A DNA stretch of 62,943 nt, filler included, from Basidiobolus meristosporus CBS 931.73 (Eukaryota > Fungi > Basidiobolomycota): the NCBI GenBank assembly GCA_002104905.1. It is 4 parts of 4 records of this genome, joined end to end, with 100 filler letters (N's around TTAATTAATTAA, not from the genome) between each part and the next. Parts side by side here need not be neighbours in the genome. Positions count along the whole stretch, not along the records: positions 40,082 to 51,736 come from MCFE01001269.1; positions 51,837 to 62,943 come from MCFE01001285.1; 2 more parts are not named here. The stretch is one strand, 5' to 3'. A program made the translations under genes and the position numbers. Positions 50,746 to 59,614 of the stretch are shown one piece after another (within the stretch, counting starts at the first letter, position 1; every line of letters starts with the position of its first letter). The notes beneath the pieces are model-generated. The model ran no database searches. It saw only the letters and a list, made by a program, of their open reading frames with translations, and was not told the origin of the DNA.

Positions 50746-51639
50746 TTATACAGCAGTGTGATGGCTCCGGGTTAAGCCCTTAACAACCGTATTAGTATGA
50801 CTGCTCTGTTGTGCCTCTGAAGCGAACTCTAACCTCTCCAACGCTTCCATTGCAATCAAGACGTCGTGCTTATTGCTGCTCACGATGTTCCCGTTGGCCA
50901 TCATTTCATTCAGGATCATATGGACCTTATCCAATTGGATCACTATGTAACCTGGTGTCAAGGAGGTGAAATATGCACGCTTGTTGAAAGGAAGAGGAAG
51001 AGTAAGGGCAAGGGCAGGAAAAAGATATATCAAGTTCACGCTGGTTTTTCAAAGGCAAATCGCGTAAACATCAGTGGTCTTGTCGAAGTGAAATCCCCAG
51101 TGAACTCACCACTTTGTCAAAGTAGACATTCAAGATTTCTGTTGGACAGCAGGGCTCAGAAGTTGAATGCAGGGAGGAGATAAAGCAGAGGACCACATAC
51201 CCACCCAGTTCTGCACGAACTCTATCACCTCGAACTCGTTCTAAACGAAGCTAGTCAATATCAGCTGTCTTTCCGCAAAATACCAGGAATCGTAACCACA
51301 TCTTCAGGCGATATCCCCAGGATGAAGAAAAGTCCAGCATATCTTCGATAGACTGCAGCAACATTTAGTTGGGCCACCGCGCACTCTGCATTTTACAACA
51401 TCCTTTTACCAAATTTGTATTGTTCGTGAAATATGATGGAGCACTAGGCGTAGATACTATCAGCAATTTGCTCCATAAGAACGGTGAAGTACTAACTTGA
51501 CTCTCAGTCCTTGGTATGATCTTTCGTGCCAACTCAGCCTCAAAAATCGACCGCTGCAAAGGTGACACCCCAATATCAGTGAAGTACTTGGAGAAGCGAG
51601 TCCTTCTTGCTTGTTGATAATGAGTATAAAGTGTATCAT
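50746..51639 (-). CDS. Adaptor complex sigma subunit, AP-4 sigma-like (about 170 aa); exons 51639-51497, 51443-51410, 51352-51300, 51240-51201, 51138-51110, 51040-51029, 50946-50746; apparent 1-nt deletion near 51605
   Basis: Spliced product: MIHFILIINKQ(fs)RTRFSKYF..QRSIFEAELARKIIPRTESQCSIIFHEQYKFVYRRYAGLFFILGISPEDNEFEVIEFVQNWVEILNVYFDKVRELDIVIQLDKVHMILNEMMANGNIVSSN. Sigma-adaptin family is clear; AP-4 assignment is from recalled AP4S1 motifs (QCS, N.VE.L..YF..V.ELDI...LDKVH.IL.EM..NG.IV..N). Confidence 0.8.
50947..51028 (-). other. U12-type (minor spliceosome) AT-AC intron, 82 nt
   Basis: 5' ATATCTTTTT; branch CTCCTTGAC at 50965-50957; 3' TTAC at 50950-50947. Removal joins RELD to IVIQLDKVH in frame. 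Confidence 0.85.
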
Positions 51640-51736
51640 TCTGCGATAAATCCTTGGAAAGCAGCATGACCGTCCATTGATCCATAAATGATCAAGATTG
51701 GTGCTTAATCAAGCATAATTAGGTTTTGGTATACAT

Positions 51737-51836
51737 NNNNNNNNNNNNNNNNNNNNNNNNNNNNNNNNNNNNNNNNNNNNTTAATTAATTAANNNNNNNN
51801 NNNNNNNNNNNNNNNNNNNNNNNNNNNNNNNNNNNN
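51737..51836. other. Artificial contig spacer
   Basis: 44 N + TTAATTAATTAA + 44 N. Confidence 0.97.
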
Positions 51837-51962
51837 ATTCATTGGGCTGTCAGCTATCAAGCATCACAACCACTTTGAATATGGAAAATTAACCCTTAAT
51901 ACCCTCTGGATTACTTATGAAATCAGACTTGGCTAGGACTGTCATTAGTGTCAGGTAGAATG

Positions 51963-52150
51963 TGTTGTAAAAAATTGTAATTGCACCTAAATATTCACCT
52001 AACTTAGTCACTTGGATCATGACTTGCAAATCTTACCAAACTCCTTGTTGGCATCCACCTGGAATATACTCACCAAAACATCAGATACCCAGAACATGAA
52101 TTTTTGATAAGTTGTTCAAACAGCCCCAAATCTTGCACACATGTCCTTTG
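51963..52150 (+). mobile_element. Decayed, truncated copia A-like LTR
   Basis: tgttgtaaaaaattgtaattgcacctaaatattcacctaacttagtcac matches the family A LTR start. Confidence 0.75.
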
Positions 52151-52249
52151 GGAAATAAATGTGATGATCCCATCAAATGGTCATCAAAAAATTTAAATCC
52201 CAAGATTAAGAGGTATTGATACTGCAAGGACACTATGCAAAGACTGTTA

Positions 52250-53396
52250 AGGAAAAATTGCACCCCAGATTTCACAAAAAACTTGGTCAAAAATTTTGAT
52301 CACAACAATACATGAGTGGCTTTTGATTGGTTATCTGCCAATTCTCTCACTTTCTGATCCCAGACACTCAATGGCCTCCCATGTTTGTGTACATTGATTG
52401 GCTATTGCCTCTTTTTCATACTCATTACTTTCTGACTCAATCAATGCTCTTACTTTTAATGCATATAATTGATTTCCATCTTCAGTTATAACTCAATTGC
52501 CAATCGCACTCACCTACACCAGTCCCTATACCCAACACTAATATTAAGCCCAACCCCACACTCAACAAGCAACTTCATTAGAATCCACCATTCAATAAGT
52601 GTTTCTGCCATAACACCCTTTTTCCACAACTTTGGCAGGAACCCTACTGCTTTATGCCATTGTTCATTCACTGGTTCTCATACATCCTGGTCTTCAGCCA
52701 GCACTGCAACTTCTAGCACCTTGTCTGCCAGTCTTTGCAATAAATCCATGCAATATTTAAGTGCATTTTCTTGAGCACTGCTTTTGAAGAAGTGCTGCAA
52801 CCCCTTAGTGTGGCTATTAATGTTCCAAAATTCCACTGTAGGTATTGTGATAGTCTTCCAATTTCTTGACATTGTTGCTTTGTATGTCAGTGGGATCTCC
52901 ACTCTGTCTACAATGCAGGCTATGGTAGACAAATTGTCTTTCTCTGCTAGCTCAGCTACCTCACTGGAGTGTAGCTCAACTAGCTATACTTCCAACTCTC
53001 AAGAAAATGGCTGTGGTCTTCTGGGTAATTCTTCTTGGCTATTATAGAATTCAGCCAGTACTGGGTTCAAGGCATTAATTGGTGAGTACTGCAACTTTTT
53101 TCTCATGCCTCCCCATCTCTGGCTTGGGTAGACTTTTTTCCCTTTACTTTTGTCTTTATCACTGCCAGGTCTTTCACTGCTAATCTGACTGAGTGCTTCT
53201 TATTTTGTACTTTATTTTCCCCTTGCTAATTGCTGCCCTGGTGCATCTGTTTCTGCATGCTTGTCTCTTATCAGCATTCTGCTGTTTACTTGACATTTCA
53301 TTGCTGCATATTTAGAGCTTTGAGCCCTACTTGCAACAGGCTCTTAAGGAAGCTGCTGATTTTTAGCTGTGGCACCCTTGTTCTTCTGCCTTTGGC
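52250..53396 (-). repeat. Second copy of the unclassified K/S-rich interspersed repeat; host of the chromovirus
   Basis: Collinear with 20560-21377 and 21840-21960. Confidence 0.65.
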
Positions 53397-53918
53397 TGTT
53401 ATGAATAGACACAAGGCAGGAGGAAAAGCTAGGCACGGCAGGAAAGGACTTAGGTGTGGATCAACAAGGCAAGGCGGATTTCCAAGGCAAGGCTGTTTAT
53501 CCAAGACCTGTGTTTATCAGACTGAGGAATACTTAAGGGGGGATAGGACTATATATACTTTTTGGCTATACTGATGCCAAGAGATATTAGCTAATACTAA
53601 TGGGGTTGTGGGGTGAGGCACAGCAATGGTGCTGGGGATAATGACATAGATGACACGGAACTGAGACAGGATGGGGAAATGGATTGGGTCACCTGATCAT
53701 GTGACTAAGTCATGTGACCTGGTATTTCCATATATGGTACTGGACTATGAAAAATACGATGGAAAGCTTCCATGGAATGTTCCATTGTGTAATAATGGTT
53801 TGGAATGGTCAAGAACTTTCTGGAAGGTGGTAGAAGGTTCCAGAAGGAATCTCTTAGAAATTGAGCTAAGAAGCTGAAACTTGGCATGGGTGTTCATGGT
53901 TGTCATGTGATCATGACA
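53397..53918 (-). repeat. 3' LTR of the chromovirus (about 522 bp)
   Basis: Begins TGTCATGA right after the pol stop/PPT. The end at ...ATAACA (53397) is inferred from where homology to the host repeat resumes. Confidence 0.7.
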
Positions 53919-54927
53919 CTATTCTCCTCTTCCAGGCAAAGCTCTGTTTCCCTTTGGGGCAGGTTTTGCAGGATATTGTTGGTGGAACTGGGTGACTAGT
54001 TCTTGACAATTAGTGAGATGGGTAGCTGGTTCCCATGTTTGGTCACTTGGATCATAACCAATCCAGTCTACTAAGTAGTACAGCTTTGACCAGATATACT
54101 TGGAGTCTAGAATCTGTTTAATTTCAAATTCTTGATGCTGGTCAACCTGGATAGCTTGGGGCTTTGCTTCTTGCCGGTTTGGCAATGTGTTCCTACAATA
54201 CAGCTCCAGGAGGGACACATGGAAAGTATCATGGATTTTCATACTTGCTGGTAACTGTAGCTGATATACTATAGGGCTAAGCTTCTTCTTGATCTTGAAG
54301 GGACCAAGTTTCTTGAAATCCAACATGTCACAAGGGCGGTTGGTGCTGATGTTTCTTCTGAGTAACCATACAGAATCTCCTTCATTAAGATCAGGGCTGG
54401 GATGCCATTTTAGATTGGCAAATTTCTTGTAGCTTTCCTGAGCTAAGGATAGCTCTTCCTTGAGGGTGTTCTGGATGTCCTGGATTGCTTGGGCATGTTC
54501 AGCCGCATGTGGGCTCATTGGGTTTGTTGGAATTTGGATATCAAACTGAGGGTGGAATCCATAGTTTGCATAGAATGGTGTAAAACCAGTTGCACTATGG
54601 CTTGAGTTGTTGTAGGCAAACTCAGCAACAGGGAGTAGATCAACCCAATTGTCTTGCTGGTAATTGATATAGCACTGGAGGTATTGCTCTAGAATCTGGT
54701 TGATTCTTTCAGTCTGGCCATTGGACTGTGGATGGAAGGCAGTAGAGAGCTTGACTTGAACACCAAGGTATTGCATGAAGTGTTTCCAAAACTTGGACAC
54801 AAACTGTGGGCCTCTATCTGACACAATATCACTGGGGATACCATGAAGGCGGAAAATATTCTTCAGGACTAAAGCTGCTGTTTCTTTTGCATCAGTGTTC
54901 TTACAGCAAGGGATAAAGTGAGCCATC
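53919..54927 (-). pseudogene. Chromovirus pol 3' part (integrase core + chromodomain)
   Basis: MAHFIPCCKN..SDRGPQF..AYNNSSH..chromodomain; in frame with 59615-62159 once the copia and one TSD are removed. Confidence 0.9.
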
Positions 54928-55178
54928 TGTTGTAAAAATTCGTATTTTTCACCTAAATATTCACCTAACTTAGTCACTTAGATCATCACCTTCAAATCCT
55001 AGAGAATACTGACCAAATTCCTTGTCGGGATTTACTTAGAATATTTTCACCAAAATACCAGGTACCCAGAACATGAAAATTCTCAAAGTTGTCCAAACAG
55101 CCCCAAACTTTGCACACATGTTCTTGGGACCTTCCTTAACCTATTCTACGTGTTTGTAATGCCAAGACCATGTAAAAG

Positions 55179-55206
55179 TATAAATACTACTTTTACATTC
55201 AATAAA
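55179..55206 (+). promoter_or_regulatory. LTR TATA box (TATAAATA) and AATAAA signal
   Basis: TATAAATA at 55179-55186 and AATAAA at 55201-55206; present in both LTRs. Confidence 0.6.
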
Positions 55207-55277
55207 TCATTAAGTGAAAAACACATAATCTACTTGTTCTCCAAATCACTTCCAATATCTCCAAGACTCTTACAACA

Positions 55278-55289
55278 GGTTATGAGCCC
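55278..55289 (+). promoter_or_regulatory. Primer-binding site complementary to the tRNA-iMet anticodon stem-loop
   Basis: GGTTATGAGCCC directly abuts the LTR end CAACA; it is complementary to GGGCUCAUAACC. Confidence 0.85.
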
Positions 55290-58200
55290 CGAGCTGTCAC
55301 TCTCTGCAATGTCTGCTACTGCTATTACTGGAATTTTTCCCTCTGCTGAAAAGTTGGATGGATCTAACTACCAAGTGTGGAAGGTGAAGATGAAGATGCT
55401 GCTGCAAGAAAGAGGCCTTTGGGATATTGTCATGGGAGAAGAATGCCCTCCTAAAAACGTGGGAGAGGAAGCCTTAAAGTACCAGAAGAAAGAACAAAGT
55501 GCCTTTAACTGCATTTGCCTTAATGTCAAGGACAAATTGTTAATTCAATGCTCAAGAGCAAAAACGGCAAAGAATGCCTGGAAGGCATTAGAAGACACCT
55601 ACCAGTCATGTTCAGCTGCCAAGAAAATGTATCTGAGAAGAAAATTCTTTACTACAAAGATGCTGCCAGGAGAAGAAATGAAAAATCTAATTAACAGAAT
55701 TACCCTGCTGGTAGATGAGATGGAATCTGTGGGCGTACCAACTACTGATGAGGATGTGATAGTTACCATCCTGAATAGCCTGACAGACGAGTTTCAGGGC
55801 CTTGTATCAGCCCTAGAGTCCAGAACTGAAGATTTGACCTTAAATTACGTATATGGAAGGCTCCTGGATGAAGAATTAAGAAAATCAAGCGCCAATAAGA
55901 AGGAAGAAGAAAATGCTTTAATAAGCAATGATAACCAACAAAGGAGGTACCCAAGACCCTACAAAGGCAACAGCAACCTATTTTGCAACTACTGCAAAAG
56001 GAAAGGACACACATCAGACCGGTGTTTCAAAAAGAGAGATTATCAGCAAAAGAAGCCTGAATATGGAAATGCTGCAACAACTGAAGATAGACTATTCATA
56101 TCTGCACTAAATATGACCACAAACAAGGATTCTCAGACGTGGTATATTGACTCTGGAGCTTCTCAACACTTTACACACCAAAAAGAACTTTTTACCCAAT
56201 ATCAAGAAATTCCAATTAAGAAGGTTTTCATGGGTGACGATAGAACACTTGATGCAGTGGGAGAAGGAACTATCCAAGTAAACCTTAGAAGCAGTGAAGG
56301 AAGCCATACACTGACCTTTAAAGAAGTACTCTATGTACCAGAAATAGCCAAGAACCTACTCTCTGTAAGCAAGGCCACAGCAGAAGGACTCAGTTTCAGT
56401 TTTGACAATTCTGGATGCAGGATCACTGATCAAAATGGTGCTCATATTGCTTCGGGCATCAGAGATCAGAACCTATACAAGTTGACTTATATTCCATCAT
56501 ATCTGGAAGCCAATATAAGTAACTTAAATGAAGAAACACCAATGCTTTGGCACAGGAGATTTGGACACATCAATTTTGATTATTTGCGTAAAATGATCAA
56601 AGATCAGCTAATTTCTGGAGTGAAAATTGATCCCCCAGCTATTTTGGAGCACTGTGAAGCCTGCATATATGGGAAACAAGCCAGACAACCGTTCAAGAGC
56701 TCTGGGTTAATCAAAACTAAGAAAAAATTAGATCTAATTCACTCAGATCTGTGTGGACCTATGCAAAATTTATCCTTAGGCGGGATGAAGTATATAATCA
56801 CTTTTATTGATGATTATACAAGATACACATGGGTCTACTTCATGGAGAGAAAGGAAGAAGCTCTGTCTAAGTTCAGGGAGTTTAAAGCCATGGTGGAGAG
56901 AGAAACTGGTGAAAAAATCAAGAAAATACGCTCTGACAATGGTGGAGAATATACCTCAAAACTCTTCATCCACTTCTGCAAAATTCATGGGATAAAGCAA
57001 GAGACTACTGTACCATACTCCCCACAGCAAAATGGAGTAGCAGAACGAGCTAACAGATCAATAATTGATATGGCAAGATCTATGATCCATGATCAAAAAT
57101 TATCCTATGATTTTTGGGCGGAATCAGTTGCCACTGCTGTATATCTTAAAAACAGGAGTTATAACAGAATACTTCGTGATTCTACTCCATTTGAAGCATG
57201 GTATGGATACAGACCAAGTGCAGAACATCTAAGAATATTTGGGTGTACAGCATATGCCAAAAAACTGGCCGGAAATCAGTCAAAATTTGAGCCAAAAAGT
57301 GTAAAATGCATATTTTTGGGCTACTGCAATGAGAGTAAGGCATACAGACTCTACAATACCAAAGCAAAGAAGCTGATCAAGTCCAGGGATGTGTTGTTTG
57401 ATGAAAATTCAAAATTTTCACAAAAAATGACATCAGATGATGACGAAAATTTGATCTCAAGTCCACCAATTGTCAGGATTGAATCAGAGCAAAACAATGA
57501 AAATTTTTTCACTCCAGAGGACTCTACAACCGTGGTTCAGCCAGAATCAGTGCCCAGGAATATCCCAGAAGTGATCATTCCAGTATCAAATGCCCGGAGA
57601 TCCAATCGGACAAGAAATAGCCCAAATTACTATATCAATGAGGGTACAAACTTAGCCTATGCCTATTCAGTCCATATTGATGAACCCCAGACTGTAAAAG
57701 AGGCCCTAAATAGCCCTCAGACGAAGTTTTGGAGATCTGCAATGACTGAGGAATATCAGGCCCTGATGGAAAATCAAACTTGGGACTTAGTCAAATTACC
57801 AATCAACCGAAAATCAATTGGATGCAGATGGGTCTTCAAGACAAAATACAAGGCTGATGGTACAATTGAAAGATACAAAGCAAGACTTGTAGCCAAAGGA
57901 TACTCTCAAACAAAAGGACTTGACTATACTGAGACCTTTGCACCGGTAGCCAAGTTTAATTCCATCAGATTAATATTGGCTATTGCAGCCAAATATAAGT
58001 TTTTTATTCATCAAATGGATGTAAAAACTGCATTTTTGAATGGAGAACTTGATGAGGACGTGTATATGGACCAGCCTGATGGGTTTGTTGACCAAGATAA
58101 CCCCCATTTGGTCTGCAAGCTTAAAAAGTCACTATATGGTCTCAAACAATCACCGAGAGCCTGGAATTGCAAGATAGATTCTTATTTGGAATCTTTGAGT

Positions 58201-59253
58201 TTCAAAAGGAGTAATGCTGACTATAGTATATACTATAAGCCAGATAGAGCAAATCCAGTTCTATTAGCTCTATATGTGGATGATCTTATTATAGCCGCCA
58301 ATAACCTAGAAACATTGGAAGAGACTAAATCCAGCCTATCTAAGGAGTTCAAGATGTCTGATTTAGGAGAACTTAGTTACTACTTAGGGATTAAGTTCTC
58401 CATAGACAGAAGTACCCAGACTATCACCCTAAGCCAATCCAAGTATATTCAAGATATACTAAAGAAGTACCAAATGGAAGACTGTAAACCGGCAGCTACC
58501 CCAATGGAGACAAACCTTAACTTGGTCAAAACTCAACCAAATCAAGAGAGCTTGGTGCCATCTGAAAGCCCTGACTTTCCTTATCAATCTATGGTCGGCA
58601 GTCTGATGTATATCATGCTTGGAACACGTCCAGATATCTCATATTCAGTGGGAGTTGTCAGCCAACATAATCAGAATTATGGATCTGATCATATTGCAGC
58701 AGTTAAGCGGATTTTTAGATACCTAAAAGGAACTGCTGATATCTGCTTAAGATACACTTATAAGGACTCAGAACAAGATCTTGTGGGATACTCTGATGCA
58801 GATTGGGGACGAAATTTAGAAGACAGAAGATCCACCACAGGATACACCTTTCTTTACTGTCAAGGAGCAATTTCATGGAATTCAAGAAAGCAACCAACCG
58901 TAGCACTTTCTACTACAGAGGCAGAGTATATGGCAGCCTGTGAAGCTACAAAAGAAGCAATGTGGTTAAGAAAGCTCTTTACAGATTTAGGCCTATGTCA
59001 AAAAACGCCTATTACTTTATTTCAAGATAATCAAGGATGTATACAATTAGGTAGAAATCCAACTTTTCATGCTAGAACCAAGCACATAGATATTAGACAT
59101 CATTTCATACGTGAAGCTATAGAGAATAACTTAGTTAGCTTAGTTTACTGTCCTACAGATGAAATGATTGCAGACATATTTACCAAACCATTAGCTAGAG
59201 ACAAGTTTGAATATCTTAGGTCAAAATTAGGACTAGTCAGTATGAACATTTAG
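55282..59253 (+). CDS. Copia gag-pol polyprotein, single open frame (start at 55282 or 55309)
   Basis: CNYCKRKGHTSDRC, WYIDSGAS, HRRFGH..CEAC, HSDLCGP, RSDNGGEY, PQQNGVAER, LYVDDL, YSDADW in copia order (PR-IN-RT-RH). Confidence 0.95.
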   Translation: MSPELSLSAMSATAITGIFPSAEKLDGSNYQVWKVKMKMLLQERGLWDIVMGEECPPKNVGEEALKYQKKEQSAFNCICLNVKDKLLIQCSRAKTAKNAWKALEDTYQSCSAAKKMYLRRKFFTTKMLPGEEMKNLINRITLLVDEMESVGVPTTDEDVIVTILNSLTDEFQGLVSALESRTEDLTLNYVYGRLLDEELRKSSANKKEEENALISNDNQQRRYPRPYKGNSNLFCNYCKRKGHTSDRCFKKRDYQQKKPEYGNAATTEDRLFISALNMTTNKDSQTWYIDSGASQHFTHQKELFTQYQEIPIKKVFMGDDRTLDAVGEGTIQVNLRSSEGSHTLTFKEVLYVPEIAKNLLSVSKATAEGLSFSFDNSGCRITDQNGAHIASGIRDQNLYKLTYIPSYLEANISNLNEETPMLWHRRFGHINFDYLRKMIKDQLISGVKIDPPAILEHCEACIYGKQARQPFKSSGLIKTKKKLDLIHSDLCGPMQNLSLGGMKYIITFIDDYTRYTWVYFMERKEEALSKFREFKAMVERETGEKIKKIRSDNGGEYTSKLFIHFCKIHGIKQETTVPYSPQQNGVAERANRSIIDMARSMIHDQKLSYDFWAESVATAVYLKNRSYNRILRDSTPFEAWYGYRPSAEHLRIFGCTAYAKKLAGNQSKFEPKSVKCIFLGYCNESKAYRLYNTKAKKLIKSRDVLFDENSKFSQKMTSDDDENLISSPPIVRIESEQNNENFFTPEDSTTVVQPESVPRNIPEVIIPVSNARRSNRTRNSPNYYINEGTNLAYAYSVHIDEPQTVKEALNSPQTKFWRSAMTEEYQALMENQTWDLVKLPINRKSIGCRWVFKTKYKADGTIERYKARLVAKGYSQTKGLDYTETFAPVAKFNSIRLILAIAAKYKFFIHQMDVKTAFLNGELDEDVYMDQPDGFVDQDNPHLVCKLKKSLYGLKQSPRAWNCKIDSYLESLSFKRSNADYSIYYKPDRANPVLLALYVDDLIIAANNLETLEETKSSLSKEFKMSDLGELSYYLGIKFSIDRSTQTITLSQSKYIQDILKKYQMEDCKPAATPMETNLNLVKTQPNQESLVPSESPDFPYQSMVGSLMYIMLGTRPDISYSVGVVSQHNQNYGSDHIAAVKRIFRYLKGTADICLRYTYKDSEQDLVGYSDADWGRNLEDRRSTTGYTFLYCQGAISWNSRKQPTVALSTTEAEYMAACEATKEAMWLRKLFTDLGLCQKTPITLFQDNQGCIQLGRNPTFHARTKHIDIRHHFIREAIENNLVSLVYCPTDEMIADIFTKPLARDKFEYLRSKLGLVSMNI

Positions 59254-59614
59254 CTGAGTGGGAGTGTTGTAAAAATTCGTATTTTCCACCTAAATATTCA
59301 CCTAACTTAGTCACTTAGATCATCACCTTCAAATCCTAGAGAATACTGACCAAATTCCTTGTCGGGATTTACTTAGAATATTTTCACCAAAATACCAGGT
59401 ACCCAGAACATGAAAATTCTCAAAGTTGTCCAAACAGCCCCAAACTTTGCACACATGTTCTTGGGACCTTCCTTAACCTATTCTACGTGTTTGTAATGCC
59501 AAGACCATGTAAAAGTATAAATACTACTTTTACATTCAATAAATCATTAAGTGAAAAACACATAATCTACTTGTTCTCCAAATCACTTCCAATATCTCCA
59601 AGACTCTTACAACA

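Larger units (their letters stand above)
54928..59614 (+). mobile_element. Intact Ty1/copia family A copy 2
   Basis: 350-bp LTRs at 54928-55277 and 59265-59614 (1 mismatch seen, 54949); TSD CCATC at 54923-54927 and 59615-59619; PBS 55278-55289; PPT 59256-59264. Confidence 0.97.

Noticed and set aside
39982-51836. Apparent gene island (cyclin, ICL, DRS1, sigma) embedded in TE arrays, suggesting a cargo-carrying giant element
   Set aside because: The island is a separate contig bounded by artificial spacers; no linkage to the TEs can be inferred.
55150-55281. ORF-track start at GTG 55150 (and 34677) giving a 1367-aa protein
   Set aside because: It lies in the LTR upstream of the TATA box; the first plausible AUG is 55282 or 55309.
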